A stretch of DNA of 64,000 nucleotides from Phoronis australis (Eukaryota > Animalia > Phoronida), in NCBI GenBank assembly GCA_002633005.1, contig NMRA01000234.1, positions 105,405 through 169,404 of the forward strand, read 5' to 3'. Below the pieces are notes generated by a model. The model saw nothing but the letters and a program-made list of their open reading frames with translations, ran no database searches and was not told the origin of the DNA. Made by a program: the position numbers and the translations under genes. Positions 39,301-49,249 of the stretch are shown here, piece by piece; position 1 is the stretch's first letter; each line of letters begins with the position of its first letter.

Positions 39301-42300
39301 CACCTAACCCATTTGTACTGTACTGTATTGTACTCATCCATAATAATGCCTAGCCCATTTGTACTGCATTGTATTCATCTATACTGACACCTACCCCATT
39401 TGTACTGCATTGTATTCATCTATACTGACGCCTAGCCCATTTGTATTGTATTGTATTCATCCACATTCATACTTAACCCATTTGTACTGTACTGTATTCA
39501 TCCATATTGATGCCTAACCTATTTGAAGTGAACTATACCATGAGCGGCGCAGCACTGAAATAAGTGGGGGCTATAGCTCCCGCAGCCCCCTATGGTACGC
39601 CGCCCATGTGTACTCATCCATATTGACACCTAGCCCATTTGTACTGTACTGTATTCGTCCATATTGAAGCCTAACCCATTTGTACTGTACTGTATTCATT
39701 CATGTTGACACCTAACCCATTTGTACTGTACTGTATTCGTCCATATTGAAGCCTAACCCATTTGTACTGTACTGTATTCATTCATGTTGACACCTAACTC
39801 ATTTGTACTGTACTGTATTCATCCATATTGAAGCCTAACCCATTTGTACTGTACTGTATTCATTCATGTTGACACCTAACCCATTTGTACTATACTGTAT
39901 TCATCCATATTGATGCCTAGCCCATTTGTAATGTACTGTAGTCATCCATATTGAAACCTAACCCATTTGTATTGTACTGTATTCATTCATGTTGACACCT
40001 AGCCCATTTGATCCAAGAAGCTCAAAAACCAGGGATAAATGTCAACCTAAGCATGGGTTGTGTTAAAACAAAAGACTGGTTCTGTACAATGCTGTGATAC
40101 CATAAAATGGCTATTAATATGACAGTACATTTAACTGAAATTGGTATGAGCAAGTTGCAAGTATGGTATAGTGACAACAAGAAGGAGTCAGCACATGGTC
40201 TAAGTGTACACACCTAGGATCTGAGTAGGTTTAACATTAAGTGACTTAAAAATTTAACCTCCAGACTAGAGGGTCATAATTGAGCATATCAACAATAGTA
40301 GTGAAGTTGTAAAGATTTGTCAACAACCCAAAGCTGGACACCTCAAGTGGTTCGGAGCTGTACTTATATAGACAGTGTATAGTCTAACAACTTTTTCCTG
40401 CATCTGGCGAGCATCTGGCATCTGGCGTGCAGGGGCTTTACTGTCAGGCACATTGCATGTACACGGGTGAGAAACAACATGACCGCCGGTCCTCTTAAAT
40501 CGGACCGACTCACCCAAAACAGGACCTTCGGGGATCAAATGGGACCGTCGCACCAGAAAATGGGATTGACGTACCTAAAAACATGACCGCCCCACCAGAA
40601 AACAGAACCGCTGGGGACTGAATATGACCGCCGGGGATTGAAACCGCAGTGACAAACAAGTTAAGATTTATTACCGGTAGACCTACACAGATCATACAAT
40701 GGAGCTATATACGTATGCATAAGCAGGTCTTGCACTAATTAATCCAACGAAATCTTTTGTGCGCTACAGCTAGAACACTTCGCTTTGTAACACGCGGTGC
40801 TTTTTAGTTTTAACCACAAACCAACCACGTTGCACGCTTTTGAGCTAAATAATTATGACTTTATTTTAGAACAAAATGAAAATCATTTTCTCCAATTTGA
40901 CGTTTTAGTCAAGAAAAAAAATGAGCGTTTTGTTTCTCGAGTGAAGCATCATAACTAGCCTTTGTGCGGCAAAGCAGTATACTAAATATACAGCTTGGCG
41001 CCGATGTGGGTAAAACACTGAACATATAAAATCTTCACCAAATTAGTGTTATTAACGACACTCTTCCTTGAGTAAACTAAATTATTTATCGGCGCTCGCC
41101 GGGAAAAATTGTCGTTCTGTCGTTATTCTGCTGCTAAAATTGAGATGCGTTCTTTTAGGTCGGCTTACAATGACCAGTTCCTTGATTTTTTCACCGTTCA
41201 GTCAGCTCTTCTTCTCTTCTACGAAGTTGCGTACATGGCACAACAAATTATCGGAACTGGTTTCATTTCGTCATAAGTTTTTAGTATTTTAATACCAGCA
41301 AATAGAATTTCAGAACAAATCGTGCTGCTGCGAAGTTGAGTCATCATCTTTCGAAAGATGTCACAAAATTTTAGGATACGTCGCGTGCTCATGTCACGAG
41401 CGCAACAGACTTTTTCGTTACATTAGACAAACAAATGACGTTCATTAGATTGTTTTTCACCCAAGCGGCTGCAACCTGCAAGGTGAGTGTTGATTGACTC
41501 CTAGATTTTGCATGCGCCTGCTCCGCTCGCTAGCTCTACAAGTTTCACGACGAGGTGACGAGCAGAACTATACCCGGGCTGTGGGAAATTTCGGGGATGT
41601 AACGGAGCTCAATAACGCAGTGCTACCAATTAAGCTTTATTTTGGCAAGTCTTTACACATCTAGCTGACCAGTTACGTAATCACAAGCAGTATCATACAA
41701 AGACATTGATAACTACATATTGTCCGGCAGTCATGTTCAGTCCCCGGCGGTCCTGTTTTCTGGTGGAGCGGTTATGTTTTTAGATACGTCAGTCCCATTT
41801 TATGGTGCGACGGACCCATTTGATCCCGGAGATCCTGTTTTGGGTGAGTCAGTCCAATTTAGAGGACCGGCGGTCATGTTGTTTCTCACCCGTGATGTAA
41901 CACAAGAAAGATCAAGCTCACAAGAGCACTCCCACTGGTCATCAGCTTCTTTCTGAGAAAAGTTTCATGTATGTCAGTATGAGAATAAGATTAAAGACAA
42001 AGTGGTATAACATAACACTTTGGCCTGTGAGCAGGTTACGACCATAAAGTCTTTAATTTATAGAATAAGAATTTATTAAGCAACCACTCAACTTTTTGTC
42101 GTTTAATCAAGTATTCAAATGACATGTGAGAGCCTTCTGTGCACTTCTGTTGCTGAAATGAATCTTTTAACGAAGTTTTGATTAACGTTTTAATGCAATA
42201 ACTAAACTCCTTTGAGTTACGAAAGTCAGAACATGCTGGCCATAAGAAACCATCCAACAGAGCAGCATGTCCTGCGTGCCAAAACAGTCAGTCATGGAAT

Positions 42301-45300
42301 CACCGGATGCCCAGTGAATGAGTCAAATCATGGAAGACAAAGTAGATCAATGGAAGTACCTCCTTTCACTCCACTCATAGCGCCAATGTGTAAAATTACC
42401 TGCTAACGAAGCTAAAAAAATTGATGATTAGCATAATAGCACGATGCAAACCAGTGATGTTTTGATAGCCGGTCAGCATATTGATCCCGGGGTGCAGAAC
42501 AATGTAAAAACATCTATTTCTGGGTCAGGATCAACAACAGCATGTACATTTTTAGGGACAGGAACAACATCAACAGATTTCTAGTAATTCTACCACGAGA
42601 TAGGAAATTTAATGGAAAACTAGACCACAAGTAATGAACTGGAATGCCAACTTAAAAATTCAGCAATCAGTTTCTTCTCAGCCAGTCACGTCCTAAGTTT
42701 AGATTCTGTGTTGCTTTCCCATTACAGAGACTCCATCCAACCTGCTGTTACCTTTGCCACTAAGTATTACCTTTGCCACTAAGTATTACCTTTGCCACTA
42801 AGTATTACCTTTGTCACTAAGTATTCTCAGACAAGGGACATTGGAGTAATCACTAGATCTCTGGCTTAAACATAAGATGACATATAGTTGACTAACACAT
42901 GATTACATCTAAGGTGGTGCAGCTTCTAGTGAGATTACTCCCATCAAACTGGATTTACTCAGTAACTAATCCAGTTTTGGGGAGTTCGGCTAAGCAAGAG
43001 TTTAATCCGGTAATGGTCTGATATAAAGTGCCCGAATTTTGAAAACCAGTTTTCACCACTGAATAACGGGCATCAAACTGGTTCTCAAAATACGGGCACG
43101 TTATATCAGACTATTGCCGTTTAATCCACCTGTTTTGAGAAGTTGTGATGGCTATTTTAAGTTACACTTTCTCATTGGACGTATCTTCTCAAAACAGGTG
43201 CTGGCAGGAAAATGACCTAAAGCAGAGGCACTTGTGCATTTGAGGCGGTGCAACAGCAGGTAAATTATTTCTTATGTCTGTTCGTTGGGCTTTTCAATAA
43301 AGCGTGAGACGTTGACTGAAATTGATGCGGGAGGGCACTTTTTCTTTACGTAGCGAATCGCAGGTTTCAAAAGCAGTCCCCGCACATACCAGAACCAACT
43401 ATGCTTACTGATCTTGTTTTTTAAAACTGTCCAACTTGACCAGTTCACACCACAACCATGAAGTAGGCCTACATGACTTTAGTTTTGACAGGCCATGCCC
43501 TCATTGTAGGGAAATTCAACAAATAAGTCACCCTTACCTTGAAGGTTTGTTTCAACATAATTCTTTGATAGTTTTAACCCTAAAAACCCTTTTTCATTGA
43601 ATTGAAACTGAATAAAGAACTATTTGGACACTACTGCTTTTACGGTACCTGAATAAAATTAGCCTTTTCATAAAGTTCCAAGACAATGAACCATATTATA
43701 GAGGGAATTTCTTTGGAAAAGGTATCCTTTCGTATGACAATCTTTTGCAAAAAAGCGACTCATTCAAGTGGCATTCCTTAGACTACCCCTATTAAAGTCC
43801 CCTAGGACTGCCCTCCAGCCATCACTGTGAGGAAGACAATTGCTTCACAAGTGTTTGCCTTACCTCCTATTATTTCTTTTGTTTTTACAAGTCAAGTGGC
43901 TCAGTGTTTAATGTACCACATAATTTCGTGCTGGTGCTGCCGAATGGTATGAGGGATGATCACCATATCACAATTATTTGCATTAAAATGTGTTTTCGCA
44001 CAGTAAACAATAACGTGTGGTGACTACAACACTTTCAACAGTATAGGTGACTGTCAATATTTGCATTAAAGTTTGATAAAAAATTAAGTTCTCTGAGTTA
44101 ATAGTTGAGTAACAGCACATAATCCTAAGAACAGAAAGAAATAGCCACACGTCACATATGTTGAATTACCTGGCAGGCTTTAGTTTCTATATTTGCCTAC
44201 AAACACTAGTTCAAGTATATACGCAATAGTCGATTGATACCAGAGTATCTAAGTCATCAATAATATATAAGATTAGCTTAAAGCAATCACCGATCCATAA
44301 GACATGACCAGAGATAATTTGAGCAAGTGAAGAAACATTTGAACCAAGCAGAACTGTAAAGGTTCCTTGAAATTCACTGGCCACACAACGAAGTCATAAT
44401 GATGCCAAGCGTGGATCAACAGGGGGTCAAGGCCTGATGGGATCCACAGAGGTGCATAACCCAAGGAGTCCACAGGGGGTCTAGGAGATGAGAGGTCCAC
44501 AAGGGGTCCAGGAGATGAGAGGTCCACAATTGAATATGGCACAAATGGGTATACAGGGGTCTGGGGATGGGGTCCAGAATGTAATGGGGTCCCCAGGCCG
44601 AGGTATCCACAAGGGGTCCACGGGATGAGAGATGCAATAGGGACTATGGCACAATTAGGGATGCAGGGGTTTGGAGACTGAGAGTCCACAGGGGTCCAGG
44701 ATGTAATGGGGTCCCTGGGCCTAAGAGGTCTACAAGGGGTCCACAGTCTGAGGGGTTCACAGGAGGTCTTAGGCGTCAAACATGGTTCACTCTGATAAAG
44801 CATGCCAAACACACAGTCATGGACTCATCAGCAGCCCAGGTAAGTAGCGTGAAATAGTGATTATTACTACCCAGAAAGGGATTTGATCAACCTTCATGTA
44901 TTTGGCGACACCTTTGTCTAAAAATGTGGTGTTAGTACAAAAATAAAATTTGAGCTAACTTTAACAAGACACATATTTCAAGTCATGCTATTATTCATTA
45001 CAAATGTTCTTTTTTACTGCACTTTAACTTAATAGTAAACAAGCCGCAAACATCAGAATGGCTAGCGTCGATCTGACACCACTACCCGCGTCCTTTACGA
45101 AGTCGATTTCTACATTTTATCCATAAACCGTATTTGGCGGTACGTCTGTCGTGTTTCTGAAGTGGATGTGATTCAGTGGCCGTGTATTTTGGGTGAATGA
45201 ATCCTGTTTCGTGAGACCGACCCCATGTATTTCAATTTGGGTCAGTGAACGGTGTTTGCAGGTACGTGAGTCTTGTTTTTGCGTCCGACAGTGTTTTACA

Positions 45301-47393
45301 GTCCGTTGCCTGTGTAGTTTAGATATGTCAAGTTCAAACAAAAGAATTCTTTCTCATTAACAGCGCAGTTGATACAAACACATTCCTTTCTCATTAACTA
45401 CACAGTTCTACTCATGTTATAATATGAAGAGCTGCAAAAGCAACTGGAAACAAATCCACAACTTTCTAACACCAAGGTATTCCATCGAAACAGGAACCCC
45501 AGTGAAAACAGATATCCCGGAGTCGAAAACAGACTACTGCACTTTCAAAATAGCTAACCAGCCTGAAAAACACGAACCCCGACCTTCAAAACAGGAACCC
45601 TATAGATCAGACACGACACCCAGGGAATGAAACACTACTCCCATAAAACATAGCTAGACAAAAAATAAATCTTCCTACTTTAAATAGTTCTTGTAATAAG
45701 TTGTTTTACAATATGAGAAATTTTAGACAACTTATGACAGATTGGCAACTAAAGTTGCAATGCGATCTTCTGCATCCGCTTTCGGCGCCATGAAATATTG
45801 CGTCACCTATTGCCCAGTTTCTTTTTTCCCAATGCTTCATCAACTGTTCTTCTTGCACGAGGTTGTGTACATTAAAATAATCAACAATGGCACTTGAAAG
45901 TCAAAATATTATTGTTTCTCATTTTTGAAAATATTTTTGGAGAAACTTTTGAATACTCTGAAATTAACTAATGAAAAGATAACGTATTTAGAGTTTAAAG
46001 AATGTTGAAATTCACCCACAGACACGTTGCATGAGTTTTACCAATACAAATAAAATAACAAAGTAAATATAAGTTATATTTTATTAGTGACAATTTTTAG
46101 CAAACAGATGCAGAAAACATCTGGAAAGTACTTGAAGATGCTTTGACTCAAAGTTTGAGGCTACAAACAACCATGTGTCAGAAAATTATCCAGGTTTCCT
46201 GTCCGATCCCCAGGGTTCCTGTTTTAAAGGTATGAGTTTGTGTTTCTCGGGCTGGTTAACTGTTTCGAAGGTGAAGGAATCAGTTTTCGACTCTAGGTTA
46301 TCTGTTTTATAACGGTATCCCTGTTTCGATGGAACACTCTGCAATACAGTGAAAACATGGCAACACAAGAGCAACGAAGTTGAAGAAAACATATATGCAA
46401 CACAAGAGCAACGAAGTTGAAGAAAGCATATATGCAACACAAGAGCAATGAAGTTGAAGTAAACATATATGCAACACAAGAGCAACGAAGTTGAAGAAAA
46501 CATATATGCAACACAAGAGCAACGAAGTTGAAGAAAACATATATGCAACACAAGAGCAACGAAGTTGAAGAAAACATATATGCAACACAAGAGCAACGAA
46601 GTTGAAGAAAACATATACGCAACACAAGAGCAACGAAGTTGAAGAAAACATATACGCAACACAAGAGCAACGAAGTTGAAGTTTTCACAAGTCACAAGCG
46701 TTAATGAGAACCCCATCTGCACTGATTGCGAAAATGATAGTGGAGCTTGCTACATCCACTGCAGTAACATTATGTATATTTTCCCTGCAACAAAAAACAC
46801 TGACATTGACAAAAAGCAAGAAAACCAGTAATTGCCGCTGCATGCTTTAAGTTTAAAGATCACATCAGTGTGCCCAATAAGATTCAATTTTTCAACAGCT
46901 TTGAAGTACGCTCACCTTCAAGTTCGACGGTTTTGCCTGCCTTCTTTAGGGCTTTCACGGCCTCGTCGTGAGTAGCGTCGCGAAGGTCTTCCCCATTCAC
47001 CTTAAGAATCGCGTCTCCGACGTAAAGCTTCTCCGTTTTATCGGCGGCCATACCTTTAAAAATTTTGCTTATCAGGATGGGCATTTTGTTTTCCTTTCCG
47101 CCCTTGATGCTGATCCCTAGGCCGTTTTGTTCCTCCTTGTAAACCATAACAACTCGGCGCTGGCCCGCAATTGAGTCGGGTAGTGATTCAGGAGGGCTCG
47201 ATGTGGCTTCAGGTTTGGGGCTCGTTCCTGACGAACTCGTGCCGTCGATAGACCCGTTAGGAAGAATGGATGGATTCTGTTTCTCGTCTAGAGCTAGTGT
47301 GATATATTCCTCATTTAAAATCACGTTAACCTGGCTCCACTGCTGCTTAACAAACACTTCCAAAGTGCCCGAGCGCGCTACACCAGCAGCCAT
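12218..47393 (-). CDS. SNTB1: Beta-1-syntrophin-like protein (split PH1, PDZ, PH2, SU domain), spliced CDS complement(join(12218..12310,12738..12928,13787..13995,14650..14792,18750..19147,46916..47393)), 503 aa
   Basis: PDZ motif [28 protein letters not shown], then [61 protein letters not shown] and C-terminal [28 protein letters not shown]. Six exons sum to 1512 nt with compatible phases. This is an invertebrate alpha/beta-type syntrophin, so exact paralogue naming is approximate. Confidence 0.93.
12738..12928 (-). CDS. SNTB1: Syntrophin coding exon 5
   Basis: Acceptor ttcacAG; translation (A)[18 protein letters not shown]...[12 protein letters not shown]; donor GTAACG. Confidence 0.93.
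13787..13995 (-). CDS. SNTB1: Syntrophin coding exon 4 (absent from the ORF track)
   Basis: Manual translation (R)[69 protein letters not shown]; donor GTTAGT at 13786. The in-frame acceptor tttcAG at 13997-13996 makes the 5' boundary less certain. Confidence 0.85.
14650..14792 (-). CDS. SNTB1: Syntrophin coding exon 3
   Basis: Acceptor tcttacAG; translation [14 protein letters not shown]...HPLLAT(R); donor GTATGT. Confidence 0.92.
16545..18425 (+). repeat. Minisatellite array: diverged 42-43-bp monomers, then homogeneous 85-bp dimeric higher-order repeat
   Basis: Core cagtccatggtaga...aacacaagactac. From about 17190 the units alternate (actacaggataacacatgacaattgtc / gaacaggccaacacaaggctactgtc). 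Near-identical ORF-track entries recur at 85-bp multiples. Confidence 0.95.
18750..19147 (-). CDS. SNTB1: Syntrophin coding exon 2
   Basis: Acceptor tttgtttgcAG; translation (V)[10 protein letters not shown]...HMGWLAEQ; donor GTAAAT. Confidence 0.94.
20582..20730 (+). repeat. About 37-bp tandem repeat (acataagcttattgtcagctctatgacatgtctcctt) x4
   Basis: Directly visible. Confidence 0.9.
22505..22792 (+). repeat. Degenerate tandem repeat of about 26 bp (gatgttcacattgcagtgcttca)
   Basis: Recurrent ttcacattgcagtgctt motif. Confidence 0.8.
24240..24400 (+). repeat. Dispersed repeat fragment also present at about 36490-36625
   Basis: atttcgcttgtccgccatatagtgtc...gattttaactgtt versus atttcacttgtccgtcatatagtgtc...gaattttaccgtt. 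Confidence 0.6.
26577..26773. mobile_element. MITE with about 26-bp TIRs and TA ends (Tc1/mariner-superfamily type)
   Basis: TACCATAAACGTTCAGGTTAACGCCC ... GGGCGTTAACCCGAATGTTTATGGTA, with internal gggcg(c/t)ttaa sub-repeats. Confidence 0.8.
27310..28180 (-). mobile_element. Helentron-associated non-autonomous element (HINE/DINE-1-like)
   Basis: One end is AACAAGAG, palindrome CAACGCGGAGCGTTG and subTIR TGCGACCACA. The other end is hairpin TGCGACCACATA-taaa-TATGTGGGCGCA followed by TAAAAA. A GGAC/AGAC-type microsatellite relic lies at about 28110-28140, and two internal core units are spaced about 460 bp. Confidence 0.75.
28430..28540 (+). repeat. Degenerate tandem repeat of about 23 bp (gattgatcaagatgg...)
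   Basis: Recurrent ga(t/c)tgatcaa motif. Confidence 0.6.
31335..31553 (+). repeat. 36-bp tandem repeat (agtgtagaatggacttggtacagccctggcctggcc) x6
   Basis: Directly visible; it produces the spurious [12 protein letters not shown] repeat ORF. Confidence 0.95.
32716..35193. mobile_element. About 2.5-kb TIR DNA element with TA ends, same TIR family as the 26577-26773 MITE; no intact transposase
   Basis: Left TACCGCAAACTTGCGGGTTAACGCCCT versus reverse complement of the right end TATCGTAAACTCGAAGGTTAATGCCCT. Subterminal gggtaatcgcccac repeats occur at both ends and the interior is CpG-rich. Confidence 0.75.
36841..37420 (+). repeat. 41-bp tandem repeat (ctgtaggtagcacagtgcaatgtctaccaaatactctatca) about 14 copies
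   Basis: Directly visible, period 41. Confidence 0.95.
37476..37665 (+). repeat. Degenerate tandem repeat of about 30 bp (cacccaggataccaggc...)
   Basis: Recurrent ccaggata(c/t)cag motif. Confidence 0.8.
37675..38310 (+). repeat. 39-bp tandem repeat (acacacatcccaccactggtctggtgaacacatttatca)
   Basis: Directly visible. Confidence 0.92.
38490..40010 (+). repeat. 41-bp tandem repeat (cccatttgtactgtactgtattcatccatattgacgcctag), interrupted by a 70-bp MITE
   Basis: Directly visible; an alternating 82-bp dimer appears at the right end. Confidence 0.95.
39539..39608. mobile_element. 70-bp GC-rich mini-MITE
   Basis: Inverted ends CATGAGCGGCG ... CGCCGCCCATG inserted into the minisatellite; no clear TSD. 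Confidence 0.6.
40462..41894. mobile_element. 1433-bp non-autonomous DNA transposon with CAC...GTG termini, about 175-bp TIRs and 5-bp TSD ATGTA (Transib-like signature)
   Basis: Left CACGGGTGAGAAACAACATGACCGCCGGTCCTCT is the exact reverse complement of the right end AGAGGACCGGCGGTCATGTTGTTTCTCACCCGTG. ATGTA lies at 40457-40461 and 41895-41899. Confidence 0.9.
41040..41628 (-). mobile_element. Family A copy lying inside the CAC...GTG element
   Basis: Reverse complement of 2151-2560 and 470-930. Confidence 0.7.
42748..42825 (+). repeat. 19-bp tandem repeat (ttacctttgccactaagta) x4
   Basis: Directly visible. Confidence 0.92.
42946..43200. repeat. Cluster of three adjacent inverted repeats (hairpins)
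   Basis: Arms 42946-42955/42968-42977 (10 bp), 43008-43052/43075-43119 (about 45 bp, imperfect) and 43127-43142/43185-43200 (16 bp, perfect). Confidence 0.85.
44420..44770 (+). repeat. Degenerate G-rich tandem repeat (gtccacaaggggtccaggagatgaga...)
   Basis: Recurrent ggggtcc and gtccaca motifs. Confidence 0.7.
45473..46341. mobile_element. About 870-bp element with about 150-bp diverged TIRs (CA...TG ends), containing a family A fragment at 45780-45870
   Basis: ttccatcgaaacagg...gagtcgaaaac...taaccagcc.gaaaaacac...aaaacaggaaccct at 45480-45627 recurs inverted at 46190-46335; no clean TSD. Confidence 0.7.
46360..46681 (+). repeat. 37-bp tandem repeat (gcaacacaagagcaacgaagttgaagaaaacatatat) about 8.6 copies
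   Basis: Directly visible, near-perfect; source of three overlapping spurious minus-strand ORFs. Confidence 0.96.
46916..47393 (-). CDS. SNTB1: Syntrophin coding exon 1 (N-terminal PH half, PDZ)
   Basis: ATG at 47393 ([13 protein letters not shown]...), full PDZ domain, donor GTGAG after ELE-G at 46915. Confidence 0.95.
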
Positions 47394-47662
47394 GATTCTC
47401 AACTCTGGTACGGGGGTGGTCACATGACCTCTCTGTTTGTTTATAAAAGATTAGGCGTTGTAACGCTGTAGAATTTTGGGATGGATTTTTTACTCCAAAT
47501 TGCTCACCTTAGCTGAGAGATTGTAAAAACGTTGCATATGTCTAATTCTAGTATCTTATTGCGATTACAGTGTTGTTGTAACGATCAAAGGTTCACGTTG
47601 TTTTCTGTATTTGAACAGCTAGCGCTACTCACGGTAAAATATAAAACTGAGAAATTCCGACC

Positions 47663-48599
47663 AGTAAATTTGTTCGTTGTTTATTTTCAGTTGTGTCTCA
47701 CATTAAAATATTATCATGAAAAAGTATGTTCTCAATTAAACTGAAATACCATGAGAATATCAGACAATTGAATGAGATCTTTCTTGTGTTCGCTTTCGAA
47801 AAAGTATTTTTAATCGTTCAAAAGCCGCAGCGAAGCTGCTGTCTAAACTATAATGCCACTAGACTCGGGACCGTTGACTGAGTTATGTCAGTGGAGCGAG
47901 CATGCGGACATTCCACAAATCTCAGGGCTTATGCTAGCTAATCATGGAGTAATGTGTGCACCTCAAATGATGCACCTTTTTATGGATCATAGCGCCGAGA
48001 ATCTAATGGCATCATAGATTATAGTCTATGATGGCGTATACAAGTATTTTAAAAGTTCTTAGCTGACAGTAGGCCTAGCGTCAGATTTTCCACACCAAAA
48101 GCAAAGGTATGATCAAAAATCCGAGTAGTAAATTTGTTCGTTGTTTATTTTCAGTTGTGTCTCACATTAAAATATTATCATGAAAAAGTATGTTCTCAAT
48201 TAAACTGAAATACCATAAGAATATCAGACAATTGAATGAGATCTTTCTTGTGTTCGCTTTCGAAAAAATATTTTTAATCGTTCAAAAGCCGCAGCGAAGC
48301 TGCTGTCTAAACTTTAATGCCACTAGACTCGGGACCGTTGACTGAGTTATGTCAGTGGAGCGAGCATGCGGACATTCCACAGATCTCAGGGCTTATGCTA
48401 GCTAATCATGGAGTAATGTGTGTACCTCAAATGATGCACCTTTTTATGGATCATAGCGTCGAGAATCTAATGGCATCATAGATTATAGTCTATGATGGCG
48501 TATACATGTATTTTAAAAGTTCTTAGCTGACAGTAGGCCTAGCGTCAGATTTTCCACACCAAAAGCAAAGGTATGATCAAAAATCCGAGTAGTAAATTT
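47663..48599 (+). repeat. 464-bp near-identical tandem duplication upstream of the syntrophin start codon
   Basis: 47663-48126 matches 48127-48590 with about 7 substitutions seen; agtaaattt occurs at all three junctions. Confidence 0.95.
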
Positions 48600-49249
48600 C
48601 CAAAAGGATCATACGGTAGATTTTTCAGAAAAAATTACGGCGGCTTATAAACTTTTAGGGAAAATTTAAAATAAACTAAGATGACATTTTTAAGTGGGTG
48701 AATATTCAGCTTGAAACTGGTCACGAGTATTTGCTTTCACGTTGCATATTTTTGGAAATGAATGCCAATTTATCTGCTTTTGATGTGTTTAAAGTGCATG
48801 TTTTGTTTCTTTTAAAGTTGCGCTTCGTCCTCTTTAGCTGGTTTTAAAACAAAAATCCGAATCGCGTCTTTTGCAGAAAATTCTGGAGACCTTAAAATTA
48901 AACCTTTTCAATTACTGAAATTGACACCAACAATTTGTTGATCGCAGGGAAAAAAATTGCAAAATGGGCAATAGTTGTGCAAAAGGAGTCTAGAAAATGT
49001 CAGGGAGAGGGAGAGAGAGAGTGAGGAAAAATAACATTATTTTGTATTAAGATATAGTACATTGTTCGATAAAAAGCAAATTAAAGTGGATCTTCTAAAG
49101 GTATTGGACCGCTATCAAGAAAGTCCCTTTTACATAAATAAACAAATAAAATAAATAGTAATAATCCAAATGTATAAAAAAAGAAAAACGAGAAAAAGCT
49201 GTGAGATATACTGAAGAAAACAAAGTGAAGTAACACTAGAGACCGACAA

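Noticed and set aside
44273-44812. 179-aa Pro-rich minus-strand ORF
   Set aside because: Overlaps a degenerate G-rich tandem repeat; no domain or splice support.
46186-46722. Three overlapping Cys-rich minus-strand ORFs
   Set aside because: Artefact of a 37-bp stop-free tandem repeat in an intron.
47394-47423. N-terminal extension [10 protein letters not shown] of the syntrophin ORF
   Set aside because: It depends on a GTG start used by the prokaryote-style ORF caller; the first in-frame ATG is at 47393.
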